Assembly (NCBI GenBank): GCA_040384705.1
Contig: JAZKIU010000001.1
Coordinates: 25,907-89,906 of the forward strand
Direction: 5' to 3'
Source: Patescibacteria group bacterium
Lineage (GTDB): Bacteria; Patescibacteriota; Minisyncoccia; Phycocordibacterales; Phycocordibacteraceae
Length of the DNA: 64,000 nucleotides
Both the position numbers and the translations under genes were made by a program. Positions 55,313 through 64,000 of this stretch are shown here, in pieces. Position 1 is the stretch's first letter. Each line of letters opens with the position of its first letter. The notes under the pieces were generated by a model, which saw only the letters and a list, made by a program, of their open reading frames with translations, was not told where the DNA came from and did not search any database.

Positions 55313-57220
55313 TTAATCTATTATCACCTCCCCTTCCCCGTCCGGAGGAACGGAATACATAAGGCCCTCATCGATGTCGTAGAGGAAGTGGGATGGTTCC
55401 GCGAAATAGTCGGTGCCATAGAGGCGACGGATGCGCGCAAGCGTAAGGTTGAGGCGTTTCTTCGCGCGCGTGACTGCGACATAGAAGAGCCGGCGTTCTT
55501 CTTCCTGATCGCGCTCGTTCTCGTCGCCCATACCTTCGTGCGGGAATAATCCCTGCTCCATGCCGGTAACGAATACCGTATCGAACTCAAGCCCCTTCGC
55601 TGCATGCACTGTCATGAGCGTGACTCCCGTCGTTCCCGGTTTCCTGTCGAGTTCGTCCTGGTCGCCCGCGAGCGCGGTGTCGGCCAGGAACGCATTGATG
55701 CCCTCCTCTCCGGGTGTCGCGTCATAGCGACTCGCAAGCGTTGCGAGCTCTTTCACGTTCTCAAGTCGTTCCTTGTCATCATCCGCTCCCTTTGCGAGCG
55801 CCTCTGCCATTCCGCTCTTCTCGATGATGGAGCGCACGAATACAGAAGGAAGCGCGGTCTTCGCTTCCGCGTTGAGCTCCTCGACAAGCGCCTCGAATGC
55901 CGCGACCTTGGTGCGCTCACTCGGCTTAAGCGAATCCCTGTTCCCTTCCGTAAGCTTCCCGAGGGTCACCTTCCCGATACCGCGAGGAGGAAATTGTACG
56001 GCGCGTATACGGTCCGTTTCGCGCGTTGGCTCGAGCGCGAGCCTGACCCACGCGAGCACGTCCTTTATTTCCTTCCTATCGAGGAACCGCGTACCTAAGA
56101 GCTTGTATGGCACGCCCGCGTGCAAGAATGCTTCCTCTATCGCACGCGACTGGAAGTTGGTTCGATAGAGCACCGCTATCTCTTCGGGCGGCGTGCCGCG
56201 CAGCATCTCGGAGTGCGCCTGCCGCGCGACGTATCGGGCCTCTTCTTCTGCGGTTCCGGCTACGAATAGGCGGATGGGCTCGCCATCAGGATTATCGGTG
56301 ACAGATGTCTTCTCTTTCCGGTTGCTGTTCTTCTCGATTATCTGGTTCGCAGCTTCGACGATAGTCTTCGTCGAGCGGTAGTTGTGCGCGAGCACGATGG
56401 TCTTCGCGGACGGATACGACTGCTCGAACGAGAGAAGGTTCTCGATGGTTGCACCGCGCCAGGTGTAGATGGTCTGATCGATGTCGCCCACGACGAACAG
56501 ATTCCCGTGCCGGTGCGACAGCATGCTCGCAAGTCTACCCTGGAGCGCGTTGGTGTCCTGGTATTCGTCCACGTGAATGTGCGAGAAGAGTTCCTCGGCT
56601 GCAGTGCGGATGTCATCATGCCCCGCGAGCAGATGCACCGGAAGGCAGATGAGGTCATCGAAATCGAGCGCCTTCTCTTTCTTGAGTGTGTTCTCATAGC
56701 GCTCCCATACCTCAGACGCGATACGGGCACGGAAGCTCTCTCGCCCGTGCTTCTCGCGGAACTCGGCCGGCGTCATGCCATCTCCTTTCGCTTTGCTGAT
56801 GCGGGAGAGAATAGCCCGTGGAGGTACCTCCTTAGGGTCCACGTCGAGCGCCTTGAGCGCTTCCTTAATCGCGCGCTCCGAATCATCACGGTCGAAGATG
56901 CTGAAATACCGCGGAATACCGAGACGGCTGCCGTAGCGCTCGAGGATAATACGACCAAGCCCGTGGAAGGTGACCACTACCGGAAGCGGAGAGTCTCCGA
57001 GCTGGACTGCGAGGCGCTCCCGCATCTCGCGGGCGGCCTTATTCGTGAACGTCACGGCCAATATCTTCTCGGCCGGTACCCCCTCCCGGATAAGGTGGTA
57101 GATACGGGTGGTGAGCACCCGGGTTTTGCCTGAGCCCGCGCCGGCAAGAACGGAAATCGGGCCTTCGGTAGCGAGCACCGCCTCCCGTTGCGCATCATTG
57201 AGTCCATTAAGGTACTGCAT
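55313..57220 (-). CDS. pcrA: UvrD/PcrA helicase
   Basis: AGAGSGKT, TFTNKAA, DEYQDTN, NYRS, HAAKGLEF, EERRLFYVAVTRA. Confidence 0.95.
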   Translation of the reverse strand: MQYLNGLNDAQREAVLATEGPISVLAGAGSGKTRVLTTRIYHLIREGVPAEKILAVTFTNKAAREMRERLAVQLGDSPLPVVVTFHGLGRIILERYGSRLGIPRYFSIFDRDDSERAIKEALKALDVDPKEVPPRAILSRISKAKGDGMTPAEFREKHGRESFRARIASEVWERYENTLKKEKALDFDDLICLPVHLLAGHDDIRTAAEELFSHIHVDEYQDTNALQGRLASMLSHRHGNLFVVGDIDQTIYTWRGATIENLLSFEQSYPSAKTIVLAHNYRSTKTIVEAANQIIEKNSNRKEKTSVTDNPDGEPIRLFVAGTAEEEARYVARQAHSEMLRGTPPEEIAVLYRTNFQSRAIEEAFLHAGVPYKLLGTRFLDRKEIKDVLAWVRLALEPTRETDRIRAVQFPPRGIGKVTLGKLTEGNRDSLKPSERTKVAAFEALVEELNAEAKTALPSVFVRSIIEKSGMAEALAKGADDDKERLENVKELATLASRYDATPGEEGINAFLADTALAGDQDELDRKPGTTGVTLMTVHAAKGLEFDTVFVTGMEQGLFPHEGMGDENERDQEEERRLFYVAVTRAKKRLNLTLARIRRLYGTDYFAEPSHFLYDIDEGLMYSVPPDGEGEVIID

Positions 57221-57402
57221 CGTTAATGAAATATACCGCGGGCGCATTATCTCCCCTATTTTTGGGAGACTGGCTTGACGAAAACCCGATTTTTAGGCTC
57301 TCAACACTACGCAATTGCTGAGGTTGACCCTCATTCTCAACCCTTTATACTACCTTCATCGAGTGAGATTCTGACACGCAAGGATGGCTTACATAAGCCG
57401 TT

Positions 57403-58551
57403 TTGTATTCTGAAGAAACGCTGAATATACCCCCGTTCCCCCTTATTTCAACACCCAAGCACCCTTCCCGTTCCAAGGCGAAAGCATTGAACGGGAACGC
57501 ATACTCAAGCGCAGCCGCACTCATCGCGGCGGGCCTTATCCTAAGCCTCCTTGCCCTCCTCATGCCGCGCATAGCGGGAGCCTTTTGGCCGTTCGTGGGA
57601 GCGAGGGCCCAAGTCGCAGACACCCTCACCCACGACAGCACCATGGATCTGCTCGATGGAGCGGTGAATTCCGATCCGAACCCAGCTAAGGGAGGCGGTA
57701 CCATCGCCATGACCGGCGACTCCGCCCTTATGGCGAACGTGGGCCCTGACGGCACCATCGCTCCTCCGGGCTCTTTTGCCGCGGCCGCAAGCGAAGGGGG
57801 CGGCCAGATTCGTACCTATACCGTCAAGAACGGCGATAACCTCTCTGAAATAGCGAGCCGGTTCGGCGTTACGGTGAACACCATCCTCTGGGCGAACGAT
57901 ATAAAGAGCGCGAATCTCGTGAAGCCGGGCGACGAGCTGCTCATCCTCCCGGTTTCCGGGCTTCAGTACACCGTGCGCCCGGGCGACACTATCTCCGCCA
58001 TCGCCAAGAAGTACAAGGCCGATGCTGAGGAAATCGCGCTCTTCAACGGTCTTGAGTCTTCTGCGGATCTCATCGCGGGTTCTGACATCATCGTGCCGGG
58101 TGGCGCACTTCCAAGCGCTAAGCCGACGACGAAAACGAGCTCCTCCGCAGCTGCTAAGGCGAAGTCGAGCGCGCCAGCTACGAAGAGCCTCCCCGCTATT
58201 TCCGGATTCTTCGGTAACCCACTTCCAGGCGGCCGCGTCTCGCAGGGCATCCATGGCTATAACGGTATCGACATCGCTGCCCCGTCAGGCACCCCTATCT
58301 ATGCAGCGGCGGGAGGTTCCATCGTCGTCGCGAAGAACAATGACGGGTACAACGGCGGGTACGGTAACTACATCGTTATCGACCACGGTAACGGTACCCA
58401 GACGCTCTACGCACACATGTCGTCGACCGCGGTTTCAGGCGGCGCGATAAGCAAGGGCGACCTCATCGGGTATGTCGGTAACACTGGACGCTCCACTGGT
58501 AACCACCTTCACTTCGAGGTTCGTGGCGCGAAGAATCCACTCGCTAACTAG
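57403..58551 (+). CDS. LysM x2 + M23 peptidase (start uncertain, possibly further downstream)
   Basis: YTVKNGDNLSEIA, YTVRPGDTISAIA, HGYNGID, YAHM, HLHFEV. Confidence 0.9.
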   Translation: MYSEETLNIPPFPLISTPKHPSRSKAKALNGNAYSSAAALIAAGLILSLLALLMPRIAGAFWPFVGARAQVADTLTHDSTMDLLDGAVNSDPNPAKGGGTIAMTGDSALMANVGPDGTIAPPGSFAAAASEGGGQIRTYTVKNGDNLSEIASRFGVTVNTILWANDIKSANLVKPGDELLILPVSGLQYTVRPGDTISAIAKKYKADAEEIALFNGLESSADLIAGSDIIVPGGALPSAKPTTKTSSSAAAKAKSSAPATKSLPAISGFFGNPLPGGRVSQGIHGYNGIDIAAPSGTPIYAAAGGSIVVAKNNDGYNGGYGNYIVIDHGNGTQTLYAHMSSTAVSGGAISKGDLIGYVGNTGRSTGNHLHFEVRGAKNPLAN

Positions 58552-58567
58552 GGATTGATACAGCAGA

Positions 58568-58606
58568 AAAGAAACAGCGCAGGCCTCAGGCCTGCGCTGT
58601 TTCTTT
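58568..58606. terminator. Bidirectional palindromic terminator
   Basis: AAAGAAACAGCGCAGGCCT-C-AGGCCTGCGCTGTTTCTTT. Confidence 0.7.
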
Positions 58607-58619
58607 AGCTGCCCCCTAC

Positions 58620-59282
58620 TTACGCGGCAGGAACTGTATCTATCACTGGCGTTGCAGCGACTGCTCCACCTGAGATGGTGCGATATGCATGAACCATCGC
58701 AAGCACAGTGACCGGAATGGTCACGAGAAGGCCGACGAAGAGCGCGAGAAGGCCGAGGAGGTTGATACCCACCACCGCGAGCATGAGAAGGAGTATCCTC
58801 CATCGGTTGCCCTTGGTGAGACGAGCGCTCTCCTTAAGTGCTTCGATAGGGGCGAGGTCCTTATCCACCACGAGGTAGAGCGCGAACGAGAAGACGATAG
58901 CAGCGATGACGCCCGGAACGATGAGAAGCAGGATACCGATGCCTACAATCACCCAGAGAAGGATGGATGTACCGAAGAAGCGCCAGAAGCGGGTCGGGTA
59001 CCAGAGGTCACGGAGCGTTACACCTTTCGAATCGCTATGCGCCTTAAGGAAGAAGTGCGTATGTCCGAGCGCGTAGAGCATGGAAAGCCCAAGCGAGATG
59101 AGCACGCCTACGATCTCGAGAAGCGAGAGGAGGGATTCGCCCTCGAATTCGAGCGCCTTCTGCACGCCCGAGCCAACGAGCTCGACCGCGAGGCCGACGA
59201 TGATAGCGCCCACGAATATCCAGGGATTAGCCTTGAACGTCGTCCAGCCGAAGCGGAGGCATTCTTTTATAGAGAGGGTCAT
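58620..59282 (-). CDS. DUF975-like integral membrane protein
   Basis: GILLLIVPG, EALKESARLTKGNRW. Confidence 0.75.
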   Translation of the reverse strand: MTLSIKECLRFGWTTFKANPWIFVGAIIVGLAVELVGSGVQKALEFEGESLLSLLEIVGVLISLGLSMLYALGHTHFFLKAHSDSKGVTLRDLWYPTRFWRFFGTSILLWVIVGIGILLLIVPGVIAAIVFSFALYLVVDKDLAPIEALKESARLTKGNRWRILLLMLAVVGINLLGLLALFVGLLVTIPVTVLAMVHAYRTISGGAVAATPVIDTVPAA

Positions 59283-59289
59283 AGAGGTA

Positions 59290-59643
59290 TTAGTTATTGA
59301 GGTGAGCTATGCAGGTCTTGGCTGCAGGTTCCGCTTCGAGGCGTTCTTCCTCTATCTGCTCGCCGCTCACGATGCAGACGCCGTAGGTGCCGTCCTCGAT
59401 ACGTGCGAGCGCTGCGAGGACGTCGTTGTATCGGTTCTCGAGGTCGGTAAGTATGGCCGCGTTCTCCCCGAGGCCTTCCATAAGGTCAGCTTGGTCGTTC
59501 GGGTCGGACTCCTGCCCCACTTCCTGCGGGATCGGTTCCCAATCAGCGGGATTAGAAGGGTTACGGCGACCTACGGTCGCGAGTTCGGCTTCGAGCGTCT
59601 GCTTCTCGCTCGTGAGGCGTTCCTTGAAGTGTTCTATATTCAT
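59290..59643 (-). CDS. TraR/DksA family protein
   Basis: DPNDQAD tip, ALARIEDGTYGVC, ERLEAEPAAKTC; start set at ATG 59643. Confidence 0.9.
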   Translation of the reverse strand: MNIEHFKERLTSEKQTLEAELATVGRRNPSNPADWEPIPQEVGQESDPNDQADLMEGLGENAAILTDLENRYNDVLAALARIEDGTYGVCIVSGEQIEEERLEAEPAAKTCIAHLNN

Positions 59644-59674
59644 GCTGCGTACTTTACCACACCGGGAAATAAGG

Positions 59675-60970
59675 CTAGCGGGTCCGACTCGCGGCCAGTC
59701 GTGAGAGAAGTTGGGTGTATGCTGCCTCATCGCGAGCAAGGACGAGCGTTTCCTTATCTACATATCCGTAGAGCATGAGCGTGTTACCTGCAGTGTCCCG
59801 CAGCACACGCACGTCATGGCTTTGGACGATAGCATCCTCGAACTGGGTATTCGCCCGAACCGGCTCTACTGCCTGCGGAGTCGAGGTTCCGATAGGTGCT
59901 TGAGTGGCCGGAAGGAGATTCCCTGCTCCGCGAGCTGGGTACAGTACGGCAAGGTCGCGATCCATGCTTACCTCCCAGGCGAGCATGCCGGCGAACGTGC
60001 GTTCGTAGGAAGTGACGCGGAATATGAAGAATGGACGTGTCTCCCCGCCCGCCGCAAGTATCCCTACGGTACTGAATGGCGCGATATTGCGTAGCAGGAT
60101 GTCCGGAGCCGGAAGCTTCATCGCCGCAATGAGTGTGCCGCCTGAGAGCGGGACTTCCCTCACCTCTCCCTTGGACGTCGTGGTCGACTCCGAGAGATAG
60201 GTGATTATGACGTTCCCTTCGGGGAGGGGTTCGTTCGCAAGATCAGCGATCTGCTGGATGAGGTCGTTACCGCTCCCTTGGAGCTTTACTTGCTCGTCCG
60301 CGAACACGAGCGATGGAACGACGAGTCCTGATGGGGGAAGCGTATTCAATCGCATGACGTACCAAGCGGCAGTCGCTACCCCTACCCCACCAAGGACGAT
60401 AAGCAGAATACCGCTGACAGCAAAGATAACGCTTCGCTTCTTCGGGGCGGATGGAAGCACGGTTCGCTTCGCATCCTGCTGCGCCGCCAGCACCGAGAAG
60501 GAAGAAGCGCCACGCGCATCGATGTGGTCGGCGAAATCGCTCTTATAGGTATGTATGGGTGAAGGCTTCTCTTCAGCGCGCGCGACTGCTGGCATCGGTG
60601 CTGGGGCGGGCTGCGCTACTGGCTCGAATAGCGGTTGCGGGGGTGCTATTGGTTCGGGCGAAGCTAATGGTGGTGGCGGAGGGGCGGAAGCTATCTCTAT
60701 CTGCGCGCTCTCGCTCACCTTCTTCTTGAGGCGTGCGAATAGCTCTTCGCGATCGGTGTCAGTAGGAGCTACCACGGGCGCGCGATAGGTCTCCGCTACT
60801 TCCTTCGAAGCTTGCGGCATCCGCAGCACGGGCGCCGGAGGCGGGGCTATGGGTGCTGGTTCAGGACGAGGTTCCGCAATCTTCGCTCCCTGCTCGCCTG
60901 AAAGCGCAGCCACATCTTTCGCATAGGTGCGGATGTATTTCGACTTGTCCTCTTGAGTGCTATCGCTCAT
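59675..60970 (-). CDS. Bitopic hypothetical protein with Pro-rich N-terminal region
   Basis: Pro-rich tract, TM helix, FAGMLAWE, LMLYGYVD. Confidence 0.75.
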   Translation of the reverse strand: MSDSTQEDKSKYIRTYAKDVAALSGEQGAKIAEPRPEPAPIAPPPAPVLRMPQASKEVAETYRAPVVAPTDTDREELFARLKKKVSESAQIEIASAPPPPPLASPEPIAPPQPLFEPVAQPAPAPMPAVARAEEKPSPIHTYKSDFADHIDARGASSFSVLAAQQDAKRTVLPSAPKKRSVIFAVSGILLIVLGGVGVATAAWYVMRLNTLPPSGLVVPSLVFADEQVKLQGSGNDLIQQIADLANEPLPEGNVIITYLSESTTTSKGEVREVPLSGGTLIAAMKLPAPDILLRNIAPFSTVGILAAGGETRPFFIFRVTSYERTFAGMLAWEVSMDRDLAVLYPARGAGNLLPATQAPIGTSTPQAVEPVRANTQFEDAIVQSHDVRVLRDTAGNTLMLYGYVDKETLVLARDEAAYTQLLSRLAASRTR

Positions 60971-61045
60971 GCGTTATCCCAAAGTATAACCGGAGAAACC
61001 CCCGAGACGCTTCCGTCTCGGGGGTTTCTCGCACATTAGATACTC

Positions 61046-61558
61046 TTAACGATGTCCGATGATGAACTTCTTCGGGTTCTCGCACATATCGGTGAATGCG
61101 TGCGCTGCTTCCTTCAGCTTCTGCGAGGATGACTTGCCGAAGGAGATGACCTCCACCTGGCAACCTTCGTTCATATCGAGGTACTCGATGAGCGGGACGA
61201 AGTCGCCGTCACCGGTCGCGAGGATAATGGTGTCGAGCTTGGGTGCGAGCTTTACCGCATCGATAGCGATACCGACGTCCCAGTCAGCCTTTTTAGCGCC
61301 ATCGGAGAATATCTGAAGGCCCTTCGTCTTCGTTTCGATGCCAATCTTGGTGAGGGCATCGAAGAACGCTCCCTCTTCCCCGCCTTCCGTCGAGATGACA
61401 TAGGCGATAGCGCGCACGAGGACGCGGTCGCCCACTGCCTCAGCGAGGACGTTAGCGAAATTAACACGGGATTTATAAAGATGCTTGGCGCTGTGGTAGA
61501 GATTCTGGGTATCTATGAAAACCCCCACACGCTGCGCCGGATGTTTTATCACGGCCAT
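61046..61558 (-). CDS. NYN (LabA/DUF88) domain protein
   Basis: FIDTQNL, KADWDV, TGDGDFVP. Confidence 0.92.
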   Translation of the reverse strand: MAVIKHPAQRVGVFIDTQNLYHSAKHLYKSRVNFANVLAEAVGDRVLVRAIAYVISTEGGEEGAFFDALTKIGIETKTKGLQIFSDGAKKADWDVGIAIDAVKLAPKLDTIILATGDGDFVPLIEYLDMNEGCQVEVISFGKSSSQKLKEAAHAFTDMCENPKKFIIGHR

Positions 61559-61708
61559 AACGGTATGTAATTAGATAGGAAGCAGGTTGTATTGAAAATA
61601 ACCCTCACTCCCCTGATTCATTAAAATGATGGTAGCCACCGGCTACGTCATATATAGTCTAGCACCTGCTTATGAAACGAGAATCGCGGGCTTGGGTGCC
61701 CGCGGTTC

Positions 61709-61975
61709 CTACTTCTTCAAACCAAGCTTCTTGATAAGTGCGTTGTAGCCGCGCTTATTGTTCTTTTCGAGGTAGCGAAGATGTGCGCGACGGTCAGCGA
61801 CCATCTGGAGAAGACCGCGACGGGAGTGGAAATCCTTCTTATTCTTCTTGAGGTGGGCGGTAAGCTCCTCAATCTTGCGGGTAAGGATAGCCACCTGGAC
61901 CGGAGCTGAGCCGGTATCAGTAGGATGCACTGCCGTTTCTTTAATAACGGTCGTCTTCACGCGTTTCGTTAGCAT
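61709..61975 (-). CDS. rpsO: 30S ribosomal protein S15
   Basis: [22 protein letters not shown]. Confidence 0.98.
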   Translation of the reverse strand: MLTKRVKTTVIKETAVHPTDTGSAPVQVAILTRKIEELTAHLKKNKKDFHSRRGLLQMVADRRAHLRYLEKNNKRGYNALIKKLGLKK

Positions 61976-62078
61976 TAGCCCTACCTTACCACATCTTGAT
62001 TAAAAGCGCAAGTGTTGTGGGGTGCGGACAGCCTCCCCTGCCAATATTTTACGACGTCCCGGGTGCTACACTTTCTAT

Positions 62079-62984
62079 ATGGATGCTCGCTCTATGCTTC
62101 GTCAGTTCCTCGAATATACCGAGATCGAGCGCGGTCGTGCGGTCAAAACGGTCGAGAACTACGAGCATTATCTCGATCGATTCTTCACTCAGATGCAGAT
62201 AAAGGAGATTTCTGACATTACGGAGGATCGCATACGTGAATTTAGGCTCTGGCTCAATCGCCAGCCTGGTACCGCAGGCACGATGAAGCGCCGAACGCAG
62301 AACTACTACCTCATCGCGCTCCGAGCCTTCCTTAAATATCTTAGGAAGCGAGGCGTCGATGGCCTTAATCCTGAGCGTATAGAGCTTGCGAAGCTTCCTG
62401 AGCGCCAGATAGACCTCATCTCAAGCGCCGAGCTCGAACGATTGCTCAAGGCGACCGATGGCGATAGCGAGAAGGCGCTGCGTGATAAGGCCATTATGGA
62501 GATGCTCTTCTCCACTGGACTGCGTGTTTCCGAGCTTTGCGCTCTCAACTCCGATATCGATCTGTCGCGGGATGACCTCTCCGTTCGTGGAAAGGGCGAT
62601 AAAGTACGGGTCGTATTCCTCTCCCCTGCCGCGAAGGACTCGGCACGCACCTATATGAAGGCTCGGAAGGATATGGAGGAAGCGCTCTTCGTGAACATCC
62701 CTAAGGTTGGGAAGGACAGCAAGAAGACTCCGTCGCGCCTTACCCCTCGCTCGGTCGAACGCACGATGAAGTTCTATGCCGCTAAGGCAGGTATAACCAA
62801 GAAGGTCACTCCCCACGTCCTTCGCCACTCCTTCGCCACCGATTTACTCTCTAACGGCGCTGATCTACGCAGTGTTCAGGCTCTTTTAGGCCATGCTTCT
62901 ATCAATACCACTCAGATATATACCCACGTTACCGATGCGCATCTCCGTGAGGTGCACAAGAAGTTCCATTCGAAGCAGCGGTAG
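62079..62984 (+). CDS. XerC/XerD family tyrosine recombinase
   Basis: STGLRVSEL, GKGDKVR, TPHVLRHSFAT, LLGH, TTQIYTH. Confidence 0.92.
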   Translation: MDARSMLRQFLEYTEIERGRAVKTVENYEHYLDRFFTQMQIKEISDITEDRIREFRLWLNRQPGTAGTMKRRTQNYYLIALRAFLKYLRKRGVDGLNPERIELAKLPERQIDLISSAELERLLKATDGDSEKALRDKAIMEMLFSTGLRVSELCALNSDIDLSRDDLSVRGKGDKVRVVFLSPAAKDSARTYMKARKDMEEALFVNIPKVGKDSKKTPSRLTPRSVERTMKFYAAKAGITKKVTPHVLRHSFATDLLSNGADLRSVQALLGHASINTTQIYTHVTDAHLREVHKKFHSKQR

Positions 62985-63001
62985 TTTGCTAGAATGCGCA
63001 C

Positions 63002-63796
63002 ATGCGCATCATGTCTTGGAACGTGAACGGAATACGGGCTGTCCATAGGAAGGACGAGTTCATGCCGTTCCTCAAGAAATACAAGCCGGACATCCTCCTT
63101 CTTCAGGAGACCAAGGCCGAGCAGGAGCAATCCCCTCTCGACCTCCCTGACTACGAGGAATTCTGGAGTTCATCAAAGGGTCGCAAGGGATATAGCGGAA
63201 CGGCAATATTCACCAAAATGACTCCGAACGATGTCATCTTCGGCATGCCCGAGGATATCGCCAAGAAGCATGGCCTCGCGGATGATGGCTACGGCGACCC
63301 TAACCAGGAAGGCCGAATCGTCGCGGCGGACATGCATGATTTCTATGTCGTTTCCGTATACACCCCGAATGCCAAGGATGATTTATCCCGCCTAGCGCTT
63401 CGCCACAAGCACTGGGATCCGGCGTTTCTGGAGTATATGAAGCGGCTCGAAGAGGAGAAACCCGTTATTTTTGGCGGTGATTTGAACGTCGCTCATACGG
63501 CGGACGATTTGGCGCGACCCAAGGAGAACGAAGGAATGAAAGGCTTCACTGCCGAAGAGCGAGAGGGTATCGATCAGATACTGGCAGCCGGATTCGTCGA
63601 TACGCTTCGCATGTTCAAGCAAGGAAATGGGCTCTACACGTGGTGGAGCAATTTCGGAGGCGCTCGCGAACGTAACGTTGGCTGGCGAATAGATTACCTC
63701 TTCGTCTCGAAGAGCTTCAAGAAGCATATCAAAGAAGCGGACATCCACCCTCAGGTCATGGGCTCCGACCACTGCCCCATCTCGATTGTCTTATAG
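63002..63796 (+). CDS. xth: Exodeoxyribonuclease III
   Basis: SWNVNGIRA, LQETK, GDLNVAH, GWRIDY, GSDHCP. Confidence 0.97.
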   Translation: MRIMSWNVNGIRAVHRKDEFMPFLKKYKPDILLLQETKAEQEQSPLDLPDYEEFWSSSKGRKGYSGTAIFTKMTPNDVIFGMPEDIAKKHGLADDGYGDPNQEGRIVAADMHDFYVVSVYTPNAKDDLSRLALRHKHWDPAFLEYMKRLEEEKPVIFGGDLNVAHTADDLARPKENEGMKGFTAEEREGIDQILAAGFVDTLRMFKQGNGLYTWWSNFGGARERNVGWRIDYLFVSKSFKKHIKEADIHPQVMGSDHCPISIVL

Positions 63797-63857
63797 GACA
63801 GATAAAGGACATAGTTATACACACATTCTTATATTGTGTCCTTTACTCTGTCCTATA
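63792..63857. repeat. Inverted repeat of tandem AGGACA motifs flanking a TTATACACA box
   Basis: TATAGGACAGATAAAGGACA ... TGTCCTTTACTCTGTCCTATA. Confidence 0.7.
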
Positions 63858-64000
63858 CATAACCTACTATTACTTGAGGACGTGGAGGGGCTCGCGGATC
63901 ATGCCATGATGCGCAGACTCTTCCGCGCTTCGGCTGTTCCTTGCGAGCTCTTTCCAGGTTAGGCGCATAACGTTGCGTTCTGGCCCTTCCACCGTCTTCG

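Noticed and set aside
57221-57480. c-di-AMP (ydaO) riboswitch before the LysM-M23 gene
   Set aside because: Long upstream region, but apart from an isolated GCTGAAT the consensus elements were not found
62079-62984. Tyrosine recombinase as a prophage or island integrase
   Set aside because: XerC/D-like size and motifs, housekeeping neighbours, no att repeats or phage genes
667-63772. Numerous long antisense or alternative-frame ORFs in the track
   Set aside because: Expected shadows of real genes in GC-rich DNA; no motifs and fully overlapping confident CDSs
1-64000. CRISPR array, rRNA, IS elements, or UGA recoding (code 25)
   Set aside because: No repeat-spacer array, rRNA or transposase seen; conserved genes are uninterrupted in code 11 and several end at TGA

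Overview
Chromosomal DNA of a GC-rich (roughly 55-60% by eye) small-genome bacterium using standard code 11. It is most consistent with Patescibacteria/CPR, Parcubacteria (Kaiserbacteria-like): compact housekeeping genes, rplK without a following rplA, pilMNO plus a PilB-like ATPase, and a PrgI/VirB4/VirB6/pilin cluster. The window spans the replication origin region (dnaN-dnaA / rpmH-rnpA-yidC) and holds 9 tRNA genes. Best leads: (1) a folate/dTMP module (CYTH-dcd-thyA, glyA, 5-FCL, folA, folC) with no dut gene, in which Dcd has Asn in place of the Asp needed for dUTPase activity and a tightly coupled CYTH triphosphate-tunnel enzyme may be a non-orthologous dUTP pyrophosphatase; (2) a relaxase-free T4SS-like cluster beside oriC with a disulfide-rich pilin; (3) pervasive apparently leaderless promoters on core genes versus Shine-Dalgarno-led ORFans; (4) an unannotated ~160-nt 6S-like RNA; (5) a 37-aa hyper-acidic micropeptide after ruvC; (6) tRNA-Arg(GCG). 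No CRISPR array, rRNA, IS element or prophage was seen. All calls come from motif recognition by eye; no database search was run.
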